Shown: piece by piece, positions 1-12,600 of the stretch | How positions within the stretch are numbered: the stretch's first letter is position 1 | How the letters are laid out: every line of letters begins with the position of its first letter | Source: Giardia intestinalis | Lineage: Eukaryota | DNA length: 64,000 bases | Assembly (NCBI GenBank): GCA_000002435.2 | Contig: CM018790.1 | Reading direction: 5' to 3' (one strand) | Notes under the pieces: model-generated | What the model saw: the letters and a program-made list of their open reading frames with translations, nothing else | What the model was told of the DNA's origin: nothing | Database searches by the model: none | Program-made: the position numbers and the translations under genes

Positions 1-212
1 GTGCTCTTTCCAGAGCATGGCGGGCCCAGTATAATGACTCTGTGCGTTGTCTTGCAGGTTGTCTTCGCAGGATCAAAGTAATTCTTCAAAAATCCGCATG
101 GGTTGTCAGGCTTATGTATGGCGAGGGCCTCCATCGCTTGCTGGAGCTTGATGTAGATCTGCCGCTCCTCTAGATATTCGACGATAGCGTCATCTGTAAT
201 TTTGGCAGCCAT
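1..212 (-). CDS. Partial CDS running off the window: a P-loop nucleotide kinase (adenylate-kinase-like) with an N-terminal DPY-30/RIIa-like docking motif. ATG at 212 on the minus strand.
   Basis: Manual reverse-complement translation gives MAAKITDDAIVEYLEERQIYIKLQQAMEALAIHKPDNPCGFLKNYFDPAKTTCKTTHRVIILGPPCSGKS.... The 'KPDNPCGFLKNYF' stretch resembles the DPY-30/RIIa helix. 'ILGPPCSGKS' resembles the adenylate kinase P-loop (GxPGxGKgT). The ORF is absent from the supplied track, probably because it is truncated by the window edge. Confidence 0.45.
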   Translation of the reverse strand, partial: MAAKITDDAIVEYLEERQIYIKLQQAMEALAIHKPDNPCGFLKNYFDPAKTTCKTTHRVIILGPPCSGKS

Positions 213-315
213 TTTTGTTTTCTGTCAACTTCTCCCTGTACAGCGGGCAATACTCGGTGCCTCAGAAAAAAGCACCCGCACAGTTTACAAGACTCAAACA
301 GGTGGTAGAAGAATG

Positions 316-576
316 TCAATCATCCGCATTGTTCTTGGCCTCTAGACGCATCCTTAACTCAGCGTTTTCCTTCTTTAGCTCATTGATCTGATTTGTAAGA
401 CTAACAATACGGTCTTCGCCAGAGCATCCAAGGTATTGTGCAATGTACTCCAACGCATTTGGTGGCTTCTCGGCCTCTTCATAAAGAGCCACAAACGCCT
501 TTGTAATAGCGTCAGACACGCCGGTCCTTTGAAGGAAGCGACGGAATTCTGCGCGGCGTAGATCAGTGTCAGACAT
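316..576 (-). CDS. c-Myc-binding-protein (MYCBP/AMY-1)-like small protein: an RIIa/DPY-30-like helix followed by a coiled coil.
   Basis: The 86-aa ORF contains AEFRRFLQRTGVSDAITKAFVALYEEAEKPPNALEYIAQYLG followed by a coiled coil. This closely parallels human MYCBP as I recall it (..REQFRRYLEKSGVLDTLTKVLVALYEEPEKPNSALDFLKHHLG..). AT-rich sequence lies immediately upstream of the ATG (taaaatatttttaaaATG). Confidence 0.6.
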   Translation of the reverse strand: MSDTDLRRAEFRRFLQRTGVSDAITKAFVALYEEAEKPPNALEYIAQYLGCSGEDRIVSLTNQINELKKENAELRMRLEAKNNADD

Positions 577-622
577 TTTAAAAATATTTTAGATTCCAGG
601 CCCACGCACCAAGATCACTCGC

Positions 623-3600
623 TCAACGATTCGATAGATGGACATAAATGCCGTTTAGTGTTACCATCTCATCTACCTCTTTGCTATAAGCAGACATCTT
701 GACATGCATGACCTCTATGCCAGCTACCCGTGACTCTCTAAGTTGGTCCACATAGAATGGAACTATTGCAGACGAGGAGAGGTGCGCCTCGTTGTCAGCC
801 GAGTACACATAAATATTCTCCAGTTGGTCGCTTTCCACATTCAAATCGATGAGGGTCCGCAACGAACAGCCCTGAAGAACACAGCTTCCAGCCTTAAGCG
901 TTATTACTGGATGAGCACGCTTATTGCAAGCTTGAGATGAGGCGACCAACTTGATACTATTGAGCTCTTGGCCCATAGCTATGCCTTCATATCTACGAAT
1001 AGCCTCAATGAATGCGGCGGGTCGTGGCATGTCTGACAGAGCGAGTTCGATCTGCGTCATGGTACTTGACTCATTGACACTCTGTCTGCAAGACTCATAT
1101 GCGCTGGCTATGCTCGAGGATGCGCTTGTCAAAAAGGTACTCAAGTACTCGAAGGGATCGCCACTGCGAAGAGTAGCTAGCTCAGGAGAGTCGTGTGGTG
1201 CTGTTGGGCAGGGCACAGCAGTTATTCCCACGCACCATCGTTCTGGTAGAATTCTACTCAGGATAAGAGAGGCAATGGCCTTGATCCGTGTGCTGGCAAG
1301 GAGATAATTGCTATGCGCCGCAGCTGCTTCCTTGAAGTCGCTTTCCAGGACCTTTCCGATTGACATTATCACATTCCCTTGTAGATGAAGCTCATCAATA
1401 ATCGGAATAATCCGCGCAATAGCTGGATCTGTTTGTTGAGCTTCGTTCAGAAAGGCTCCCATCTCCTTAAGTTTAGTGGCAAACACAGTCAGCTTGGGCT
1501 TAACGTCTTTCTCATAGATAGATGACAGTTGTAAAATTGTGTCATATATGCTGGCGATCGCGTTCCCGTCTGATGCACTTTCCTGAGTACCACTCTGTAT
1601 ACTTATTCGTGCCAACAGCGACCTAGTTGTTATGCTATTCTTTAAGCTCTGAGTTAGGAGGGCATTGGTGGGCAATCCAAGATAGTTTGGAACAGGTTTC
1701 TCGGGATAACACTGCTGCACGTAGAGCGCGATTCCGTCAATTAACTGTGCTGCATCGAAGCAGCTGCTACCTGCCAAGAGACTTTTGTTACAAAGAACAT
1801 GTGCAGGCGGAAGTAAGTATTGGATAACGGGAATGCTGTTAATAGCAGAAACTATATCGCGCGCTCCATACGATTGAGCATTGCCTTCAACTGAAACAGT
1901 GGCTGGAATAGCTTTTTCTCCCTTATCAATAAGCTCAAATATCGCCGTTATCGCCTTGCTATTATAGGATATCTTAGTAAACTCCAACAACAAAGCATTG
2001 TCTGAGGAGTCCTTCGTGGCTACACCATATATTGCATCGAGTAGCAAGCCACTCAGCCGCTTTGAGAATCCGAGTAAGTAAACATTTTCGTCCTGGCTTG
2101 CTGGAAGCCCGCGAACCATACAGTCCTGAATAATGGAAATGATAGCCGTAAGGTCGTTCTGAGACCAGCCCGGGTCTAGCGCAACACCGCGGGGGGCATA
2201 GAGGCGGCGGGCGTCCAGGATGATATGGAGTGCAGTGGAGATGTAGAGCAGGGCGTAAAGCTTTCTAATAAAGCTCTCTGTTTTGTTCTGTGAAGGGACG
2301 GTTGTTGGCCATCTCCGAACAGCATCCAGGAAGGCTTCTTTGGGAGAGCTATCAACTACCAGACATACGCGCCACCCGACCCGGCCTAAACTCTGAGGAA
2401 TGTATGGCTTTGGCTCGAGAAGAAGAACAATCTTCACGTGAGAGAGCAACTCTTCGTTATATTTCAGTTTGAAGCTAACCGAGCTCTCCATGAGCCAGCT
2501 GGGGAGAACAGAGAGCCAGTTGGCGCAGAGGTGGGCACCTTTTATAACAATCGTATGCATAACCGCAGAACTCATGGTGTCAATAGATTGCTCGCTTTTC
2601 CATGATTCGTATCTTCCCCCGAGATCTTCTAGTACGGTTTCAATAGCTTTGTTGGCCGCTTTTTCTTGGCCGGGATTTATGGTTATGGGGGTAGAGTTGG
2701 GGATGGTACTTGTAGGGTCCTGGCCTTGCAGCGTGTACAAAATGACAGGCTGGAGAAAACCGGCAGAGTGCCGTATAGCAGCAGCAATACTGTCCAGAAA
2801 TTGCAGCTCCTTAGCATAATCATTCTTGAGGAGGGTCCTACTCACTGCGAGCTGTAAAGCAGTGGAAATCAGGTCCTTTCGACACGCAGAGACAAGAGCT
2901 GCCATTTCAACGTAAGTTAAGCGTCCTGCTGCATCTGGGAAAAGTTGGTTTATGTCGTTAAGGTTGTTGCACACCTTCACCTTGGCAGGAAAGTTGCTCC
3001 AGACAGAGCTGTTTGTAATGGAAATAGTAGACAGACGTGCCGAAGAAAAGCATGACAGGACCAATCGAAACTCTTGTGTAAGGTTGGCGGGAACCCAGGT
3101 GGGAACAGATATAGAGGCATTAGAGTCAGCACGCCCTGTAAAGTACTTGAAGAGACTATCCGTGAAAATATCGGGGCAATAATTGCGCAATAAAAGAGCA
3201 GAAGCGGCGACCACATCGCTTGAGAACACGGATGTCTGGAGCCTGAGTAGAGTGTCTGAACGGAACTGTTGTTGAGTTGCAAGAACTAGATCTGCAGTGA
3301 TCTCCGACGGATTAGCAGTCGAGGGCTTATTACTTTGTAAGGCTTTAATCAGCAGCGGCATCACTGAACACTGATCTCCGATATATAAGCTATTTGCCGG
3401 TTGTAATGAAGAAAATGTTGAGACACAAGTGTCCATGTCTCTTGCCAATGGAAGAATGCGCTCTTTTACAGCATCAAGCTCCTTTTGAATGGTTTCAACC
3501 CCTTCTTGTGCTTTTTGTATTTCGAGTGTTTGCTGCTCTGCTTGCTTGAGCACGTTCATAAGAGTCACATTATCAATTATTGACAATGACTCTGAAGTTG

Positions 3601-6600
3601 TGGCAGAGTCGGTTGCAGCACTCAGGGCCGTGAGAAGGTTCTGCTCTACTTTGAAGAGTTGCTCGTTGAACGCCAGCTGAGAGTCCCTCAACTCCTCTAT
3701 TTTCTTTAAGCTTTCTGGAGACCACTCAGCTAGAATACGATCAGTGTACAGATTAGCCTGAGACTTTCGTGTGGGTGCATAGGATAGTATCAGAACATGC
3801 TGAGAAAGATCTGACGGCACAAACACATCCAAAGACGAAACCAGAATCATGCGGAACGATGGAGACACTTCACTGAACTTGAAGGATTGGACTGGCATGA
3901 TGGTTGTTGCTGTCGAGAGAAGGTAAGACGTATTCACGTACCCGGTTCCTGCAGGTGTGTCTGCTGCTGCACTCTCAGAGGCTCTATATCCACCTCCAGA
4001 ATATCTTATGTATGGGAATAGAACAGAGGGAATAGACCCACTGTCGCAGTTTAGGACGACAATTGTTTTGCCAAACCTGGCTGCAATACTAACAAGATTC
4101 GCTAGATTCTCCGAGGCAGCACTTACAAAAGTGGTTCCCTCCACAGAGACGTCTTGGTTCTTCGTTTGGTCGAAATAGTTACGTAAAAATGTGAGAACTC
4201 CTGTGGCTTCGGTGACATGAGAAAGCACTATGGTTGTGATTAGATTATAATTCCTCATGTCACGCATGTCACGAGCGTCATCGTCAGCGGCACCTCGAGG
4301 GGCACTGTTTCGCGGAAGCTTGCTACTACTGTATAGCATGTCAAAAATGGCCGTATTCTCCAACGAACTAGTTGATGCAACAAGCCCATAACTAACATAT
4401 CTATTCACGGTAACAGAATCATAAAGTAACGCGCCAAAGGCAGCTCTGACGGTCAGTCCTTTATCATCATCTTTTGCCGATACAGGGCTCCCGAAAAAGC
4501 TCTCACGCATGTCATCTGTGCTGGCACCAGCTACTACGAACAGAATGGCTGCATTAACGGCACACTTGTCGATAATATCTAGCTGCTGACTTGCTTGCTT
4601 GTACCCCTCTTCCCAGCGCAGCTTCTCTGCCCGGAGCCCGTGGAGCATCTCTTGGCCCTTCCGCTGCTTGGCTTGAATCTGCTGTAGCTCCTGCTTATAC
4701 TTGACAAGCTGCTCTGTTTTCGCATTGAAGTCATCGCGGAGGCCTGCTATCTGAGCCTCTATGGCAGCGACCTCATCATTAATCGTTTGAATCTCTTTAC
4801 GCATACTATCGAGGCTTCTGTTGGCGCTTTCCACGGCCTTCATCAGAGGCTCCATCTTAGTGCACACCTCGGCGTATTTGATATTGGCCTGAATCCACTT
4901 GGCAAGCGGTGCTGCTGCCCTGGACACGCGGCGGATGCGCTCCTGCTCAAAGCAGTCGGCGTTGTTCCTCACAACCTTGTTCACGGCATGTATGGATGCT
5001 TTGCTGGCCGTCTTCATGTCAAAGTTCGCAATTGTGCGGAGAACGCCAGACTGTGAAAGAAACGCCTTCATGCCCTTCCACGAGAGATCCTGGTGACCAA
5101 GCAGCACCAGGACTGCCTCCAGGACTACAGATACTGCAGGAGGCGGAGATTGGAAGGACTTGATCTCAGTAAGGGCGTCTGACGGGATCGCCTGGACGGC
5201 CTTTGTTGCCTCTTGAAGGACGGGCATAACAGTGCTTAGCTCGGCATCTGCTTGCTCCTTGTCCTTCATGATTCCCTGCTCTCTCTCGCTCAGTTCCTTC
5301 TGCAGAGCGTGAGCGGCCAGCTTCCTGTCGTTTGCTTCTGACATACGGCTTGAGATGTTTTCTAGCGCCTGGTTTGCCTCTTTCTGGGAAAACTCCACCT
5401 GTTTTGTGCGTTCCTGCGCCTGGGCAGCCAGAGCATCGACCTCGCTCTGCGCCTTCTGTAGCTGCTTCAGCCCCTTGGACAGGCGCTCACGCTTCCTATT
5501 TAGCATGAACGTCCACCTAGACTTGAGGAGATGGTAGATGACATAGATTTTGGTGTAGTATGATATCTGGACGGTATTGTGTGGCTTGTAGACAGACAGG
5601 TACTTACTTACGTATCCCGATGCAATCTTCAGTATCTGCTCGATCGTGTTGAGCGGCTTGAGGTTCCTACCTTCATTCGAAGCCATAGAGGCGCCAGAAA
5701 TGATCGAAACAGTTTTTGTAGGCAGCGTATGAGCAATACTTCTTATGGGTGCCTTCAGAATATCGTCGGTAGTGCTTAACTGAATAGAGGAGGAGTCGAG
5801 GTAGAGCAGTTCAAAACTGACCAACTGTATGTTGCGACGCAGGGCGGGAACGAGGGAGAAGATGCCGTCGGTGCTCCTGCGCTCTGGGTTCAGCAAGATG
5901 ACAGGCTGAACGGCTCGCACAAACAGGTTCAGAAAGAGCGTAGCCAACTCTGACTCAGACATAGAGTCGCCGTTCGGCACGCTTGACACCTCGGTAAACG
6001 TAGCAACCAAGCTCCTAAGATCTGCAGCAGAAAGTCGATTTCGGAAGTAGAGGATGTCACGGCTCGACAGCGCAGAAAGCAGGGCGTACCATTCTGGGTC
6101 TGCTTCCAAGGTGTTGCAGTCCATGAAGTAAGCAATGTGATGGTGGCCATGGGCAACCCTGTCGGCCAGGAAGCGCAGTACAAGAGGAGTAGCGTGGTCA
6201 GTGCCTGCAAACATGACCGTGCACCCTATACTTAGCGCCCCTGCAAGGGCAGTCTCCATTGAGAAATTGTGTGGCTGAGATAAGATAATAACACCTGCCG
6301 AAGACCTAAGGAAAATCTCCACAGCAGAGAGAAGCTTCAAGTATTCGTGGATGACGGTATCAATGAGTGGGGGACTCCACTGCATCATGTTCAGATAGGC
6401 ATAATAGAGGCGAAGGCCGTTGTAGGTGTCTCCAAGAGAGGATACAAGCTCTTTAAGCAGGCCGATCCGCATCTTATTTGTGACTAGCTCTAGGGAGAGG
6501 TCGGAAAAATAGGCGTCGGGTATGCCTTCATCAGACTGCAATGCGCGCTGGAGCGTCTGCGCTGTCGTCCCAAGCTTGGCATAGGTTAAAACCTTCTCGT

Positions 6601-9600
6601 CCGAAACTTGGCTTATTGTCTTGAGACACGCGCGTGCTGCCGACTTACCCTGGGAATAGGGGATTGGTACCTCAAGGAAGATCTCCAGCAGCTTTGTTAT
6701 CTTTTCCAAACTCACTTCGGACTTCTCGGTGGCAAGCAACGCCTTGATCGACGATATGGAAAACAAGGTGAGAGACCCCACTGATTTCAGGAGCTCTGGT
6801 AGAGCGATCACCTCTTGCAGATTCATGGTCCTAGTTTTGAGCTTTGCTGTCTCTGCTTCGGAAACCATTCGCATCTGCCAAGTCTGAAGGCTAGTGGAGG
6901 CCTTCATTAAGGAGGAGTACAGCTTAAATAGGTCAGGGCCGCACACAAGCTCAGCGTCTCGGGGATCTTCGTCCATGAAAACGATCCCCATTCTACGCCG
7001 CAAGCGGGCGGGGATCGCGTCCAGTGTCTTTGTGGTAAGTGCTACTTGAATGTCGGAGATATGAAGACAGGTGCCGCCCCTAGTATAGAACTTCCCGTGG
7101 GCCACCAGGGACCAGAGGAACGTGAGCGTCTCGATATGGGCGAACTCATCCGGAGCAACTATGTCGCAATCCCGCAGGATCAGCAGGATTTTTGTGCTGA
7201 CGCTCCGAGGCTTTAGGTATCTATTCCCGTCTGCACCCTGCGTCTCGGCGCACTCTGATAAGAGCAGGTCTACTATACTCTGACGCGTGGTTAGCTGGGA
7301 ACAGTCAAGTGTTAAGGCCTTATATCTCTGCCCTCTGCTGTTAGTGGTCTCTGCCACTGCTTGAAGAAGAGCCGTGTACTTCCCACATGTCTTTGAGCCC
7401 GTAACGATTATCTGTACTCCAGCTGTCAGAAAGTTCCTGACGGACAAGACGGCCCAGTGGAAGTGGGGGGCCTGGCCCGAATCCCCGTGCTTCGGCGTTG
7501 CCAATGTCCCGCGAAGATCGATGCTTCTGCCAGCAAGAACCGACGCAGCAGAACCCAGAGTGAGCTCGTTGAGTTCACCAGGGAGGCCTGCAGCCAGACA
7601 GATCTTCATCTCGGAGAAAAACGAACGTATGCACCCCGCAACGAAAGCAGTCTGAAGGTCCGATCCACTGTTCGCCATAAGAGCCGCACCCACTCCAGAA
7701 TGGAACATGTGTGTACAGACGTCGATGGCAGCTGTGCCTCTCTTCATGGACGCAGGCAGACCGGTTCTAAAAAACGCCTCGAAGCCGGCAAGACTTAGCT
7801 TGCCAGACAGATCCGTGTTAGTGTCAAGCTGATAGCGTAAATGTGCGAGTGTGTCGTCAATGGACGTATCCGGAACAACAATGATGGCAAGACGACTGAT
7901 CGTAGCAGGTGACGCATGAGCAAGCGAGTCTGTCTCAAAAAGGAACGACAAAGGCATTTGCAACGGAGCAGATAGCCTCCCGTCTACTTCTCGTGAGTTG
8001 AAGTACGCCTCCAGTGGGTTCATATTTACCGGGAAGCGGAGCCGCTCGCCGGAGCTCATTGTGAGGAGCCGGTTATCGTCCAAGACGGAATTCAAGGCCT
8101 CTATCCAAAGAGGGTCGATCGATCCATCCAGCATAATAATCGGCCACGTACATGGAAGCTCTCTGCTGTTCAACAGCTGAACAGAGAGACGGGCAGCGCT
8201 AGATAAGGCACCATCGTTCCACTCGCCGGTTGCAGGATCGACATAACCAAGAAGCTCCTGGCGAGACATCGACTTGGGGGCAATGAGAAACTCTTGGATG
8301 ACAATATTTCCCTTGGTAAGCTTGAAGACTGCGTCCTTCAGCAGAGAAAAGATGTACGACTTACCGCTTCCGGTGCCTCCAAGAAGTGCTACGCCCATCT
8401 TTGTAGTAAGTGCTCTGTAGAGCTGCAACACCGCAATGCCGTGCGGCTCACGTAGATCTGGAGGAAGAGCGCCAACCAGCTCTTCTTCGAGACTGCTCAC
8501 GGCCCCAAACTTCTTTATGGTGGACTCTGATTGCTTAATAGCCCTGGATCCGAAAACGCCGGTCAGGATCTCCTTGAAGATTTCAACCGACTTCCCTGTA
8601 ATGCGAGAAAGAGTTGCGTCTGAGATGCACTTAATTATGACGTTACTTTCCATGCCATACAGCGCTTCAGCGCTTGAGTCGGAAAGCATCTTGAATGAGG
8701 AAGCGCGTACTATTGCTGCCTGACGCAAGATAGCCTGTAAGCTACGAAGACCCCAGTCCAGATGAACTTGTTTCGGAATTCGACGAGCGCACAGGACATA
8801 TGAAAGGTCGCATTTCTCCGCTAGCTCCTTGCAATTGACAAAGCCGGATGTGGAGAGAATCGTCTCGATGATAAGGCTGGTGTCTGCTCTGCCCATGAAG
8901 CACCCGCGCAAGAGCTTGGTCAACGAAAAGGGGAGCTCAGAGCGGCCACGGTACTCGCGCGATGCAGGATTCATTGTGACGTAGATCGAGGCATAGGGAG
9001 ATATGGCCCGTATAGGAACGGTGATCTCAGAAAGAGTAAAGGTGTTCTCATCGAGGTTTATGTTCCGACAATCCCCGAATGCACAGAGGCTTGTTTTTCC
9101 AGAGCGGAGGAGGATCACTTTTTGGATTGCCTCGATGTCTGTAGCAACGGCGCTCAGCACTGAGCTATCCAAGCGATTGATTTCATCAAAGCAGCCCATG
9201 GACCCCGAGAGAATTATCCCTATGAGAAGCCTGGATAAATCTGACCGCTCGATGGATGTATCACAGTTGAAGCACACGACGGTGCGGCCAAGCTTTCCTC
9301 CAAGCGCCTTCGTGGACTCTGTTTTCCCCGTCCCAGCAGGGCCCTGGAGGACACCTCCAAGCTGAAGTGCAATAGCCTCTGATATCGTATTGTAGCAGCG
9401 AAAAGTTAGAGGCGTGTGAATGAGTTTCGCTTGGAGGCCCTGGTAGTCATAGGAGTATGGCGTTATGGAGTCTAGCGCAAAGACATACAAGTCATCGGAG
9501 TCTTTGTGTATGCGATACTTAAGTTCTCTGGTCCAGATCCACCGCCGTGAGTCAAAGCAATCTGGCGCCGACTCGTCCACGGCAAGGAGAGACCCTAAGA

Positions 9601-12600
9601 CGTTGAGATACTGATAGATATCGACAAGGAGGCCCTTTATCTTTAGTCCCAGGAGAAACTCGGGGGTTCCAAAGTTCGCTAGCGCAATCTTAGCCTCGAA
9701 GAGCTTGCTGGAAAACTTAGAAAGATACTGGTCGACACGACTCTTGCAGGCGGCCAGGGCCTGGGTCGATGCGGTGGCGTCCTTCACCTGGTAAAGGGCA
9801 TAGTCAATCTGCGCAGTCATCATGACGGCGAAAGAGATGCAGAGCATTTCTCCGGAGAGCGCGCTGATGGGAAGGGACTCAGAGATTGCCGCTTGGAAGT
9901 CTTTGAAGCCATAGAAGTCCTTGTCAGAGTAGCTATATGGAGACACCGATGCCTGCACCGAAACACACGAGGTGATAATATCAAAAGGCGAGGCTTCCGA
10001 AAGCGCAGATTGAACCATCGAGGCGTTGCTCTGTGCGGGGAACACAAGCTCATTAATAGGGAGCGAGGCAATAGGCTTGAGGCAGCCGTCGCCCCGAATC
10101 TTCAAGGCCTTCAAAAGCTGGTTGCGAAGAGTTTCTCTATGGGCGGTATCGAAACGATTCAGCCAGAGCTCCGGCTGGTCTGTAGGCAATATGGAGACTG
10201 CGGTGGATAAACTAATGTGCTCACCCTCCGAAGAAACAAAACCCTTTATGAAGTTCTGCTTTTGTCCAGTTGCCATAACCAGTGGCTCTCCAAAGACCAA
10301 CGTTTCAATGGCAGAAAAGAGCTTTTTGATGTGCGGGCGGAGGGTCTCTTCTGGCTTGGCGCTTCCAGTGGAAAGGATCTCGAGCACATCCGAGTCTGCC
10401 AGGAAGTAGAACCGGGGAAACAAAATGCGCTTTTGCTCCAGGTACTTGCGCAAGCTAGTTTGAATGTCGGCAAGGAGACAGCTGACAAGCTCAATGGTGA
10501 CAATGACGTCCTTATAGAGCCCAAGGAATGCATTGTCTGCGGTAGAAGGTGAGAGCCCAGCGGCATGTGATTGCAAGGCCCCAGCAGAGTAGGGAACCGG
10601 GGCCTTAATAATGCTGATGAGTGACAGAGTAACACCGCGAGAATGCGGAAGTTGGGCAGATGATGGGTCCTGCTCGCTGGGTGCAGAAAATGAAGACCCA
10701 CAGCATGCCACCTCAACTAGTTCGTCGCAGTCGGCTAAGAGAATGCTGTACAAAACACGCAGGCTGTCGTAGAACTTCTTCTCCTCTGCAACAAGCACCC
10801 TTCGCCCCATTACAGGCTCCAGAATACTTATCTGCTTGGCTATTGTGACCATGACATGACCCAGGCGCGTGTAGCTATCAATTATGGCGGTGCAGTCGTC
10901 GATCTGGTTCTTCAGTGACTTGGAATATGGATTGGTCGAAACAGCCATGATTATTGCTCTTTTCTCGACCAGCTGCGAAAAGAGGTGCTTCCAGACCGCA
11001 GACAGAGGGATCAGTGTTAGACCCGTCTTCTTGTTCAGACCAAGCTCAACCGAGCACAGCTCCTCTTGCGCCAAAGGCGTTAGCTCGTGGAGGGCAAAGA
11101 GGAGCTTTGCCTCCGATGCAAGCCAGTAGGAGGTCTCCTCGACCGCCGCTCGAATGCTGGTCTCATTTTCGGCACGAACACATACCTCACGAATTATGCT
11201 TATGGTCTTCTTGTACTCCGTTGTTTGAGGATTCTCTGCGGAGATATTTCCTCGGTTTGTAAACAAGCAAACTGCGGCTAGGAAAAGAACCTGGCACCCA
11301 TTCATGGTGTCCACAATTGAGGCTGCGACAGTATCGGCCTTCAAGGCAAAGTACTTTATTATGGAGCCAAGATTGGTCTTTTCGATGATCTCACGGTAAT
11401 GGGCTTGGGTCAAGGAGTTGCTACGGAGGGCTTTGAATACACTTAGTGACTGGCTAAACAATGCCGCCACAAAGGTGAGGTAGAGAGTCGCGGCCTGCTT
11501 CAAGCTGCTGATGGACTCAAGCGTCAATGCACTCCCTCGCAGGTCCACAGCCCCTAGGAGGTCGGAGATATCTGTTATCTCAGAAAGGAACTTCTCCCGG
11601 CATGCCAGGGCCTTTGTCTGGATAAAGTCTGCCATGTCAAGTCTATTTTTGACGATGCTCCACTCCAGCCGCATGAATGCAGAGCACCCCGCCTCCAGTT
11701 CAACTAGTATGGGAAGAAAGCCAGAAAACGCGTCCTTGAAGGCAGAAATTATTGCAACGCTGTTCTTGAGCTGCTTAGCGCTTTCCGTGGGAAGCATGGA
11801 CATGTAGTCGACGTTGAAGATGGAGAGAGCCTCGGACGAGAGGGTTTGCATAGTGGCAAGTATCTCGGCCACGTTCTGGCGGACCTCATCGAAGAGCAAC
11901 GAGTAAGCACACGCCGCTTTTCCGCCATAGATGACTCCATTTTCTGCGTCGGTCCTGGTGAAAAAGAGCACTTTGAAGAAGGAATTAAACTCAGCAAGAT
12001 CGGCAGGAGCACGCACGCTAGTGTTTGCATCGCAGTAGGCGGTGAACTCCTGAATGCCCGCAGTTAGCTGCGCCAGAACATCCTTGGACTTGCTCAGGAG
12101 AGAGGCCTCGCCGCTGCCGGCTAGCTTGTCCACTAAAATGTCCCAGAACTCCTTCTTCTTCGCCTCCAGCTCTGACTCGATGTTGTTCAGCCTGTTAGAC
12201 AAAGAGAGAAATGAGGCGTCTGCGGCGTCAATGAGAGAGAGCACATTTTCATAGAAGGCGCTAGAAAGCAGGATAACAGCCTTAAATCCCAGCATCTCCT
12301 CGTGCACTTTCTTCAACTTACCTTTCAGCAGGGTATGGGCGTCCTGGAAGAAGGCCGTGAAGTCTGTGAAGTCATCAGAGCTGGCAAAAGCCCCGTGAAT
12401 AGCGTCGCAACGCTTCGTGAAGCCAGAGCACTCCGTGCTTATCTTGTCGGCTGCCTGCTCAGCAAAGTAGCTCGCCGCGGCTACGGCGACGTCTAGGATG
12501 GCTGCAGGCTTCTTATTCACGAGGCGGATTGCATGCTCTATGTTAACCGTGATCACCCCGTTGGAAGGAGACACGTTGTAGATGTGCTTCTCTGACCCTG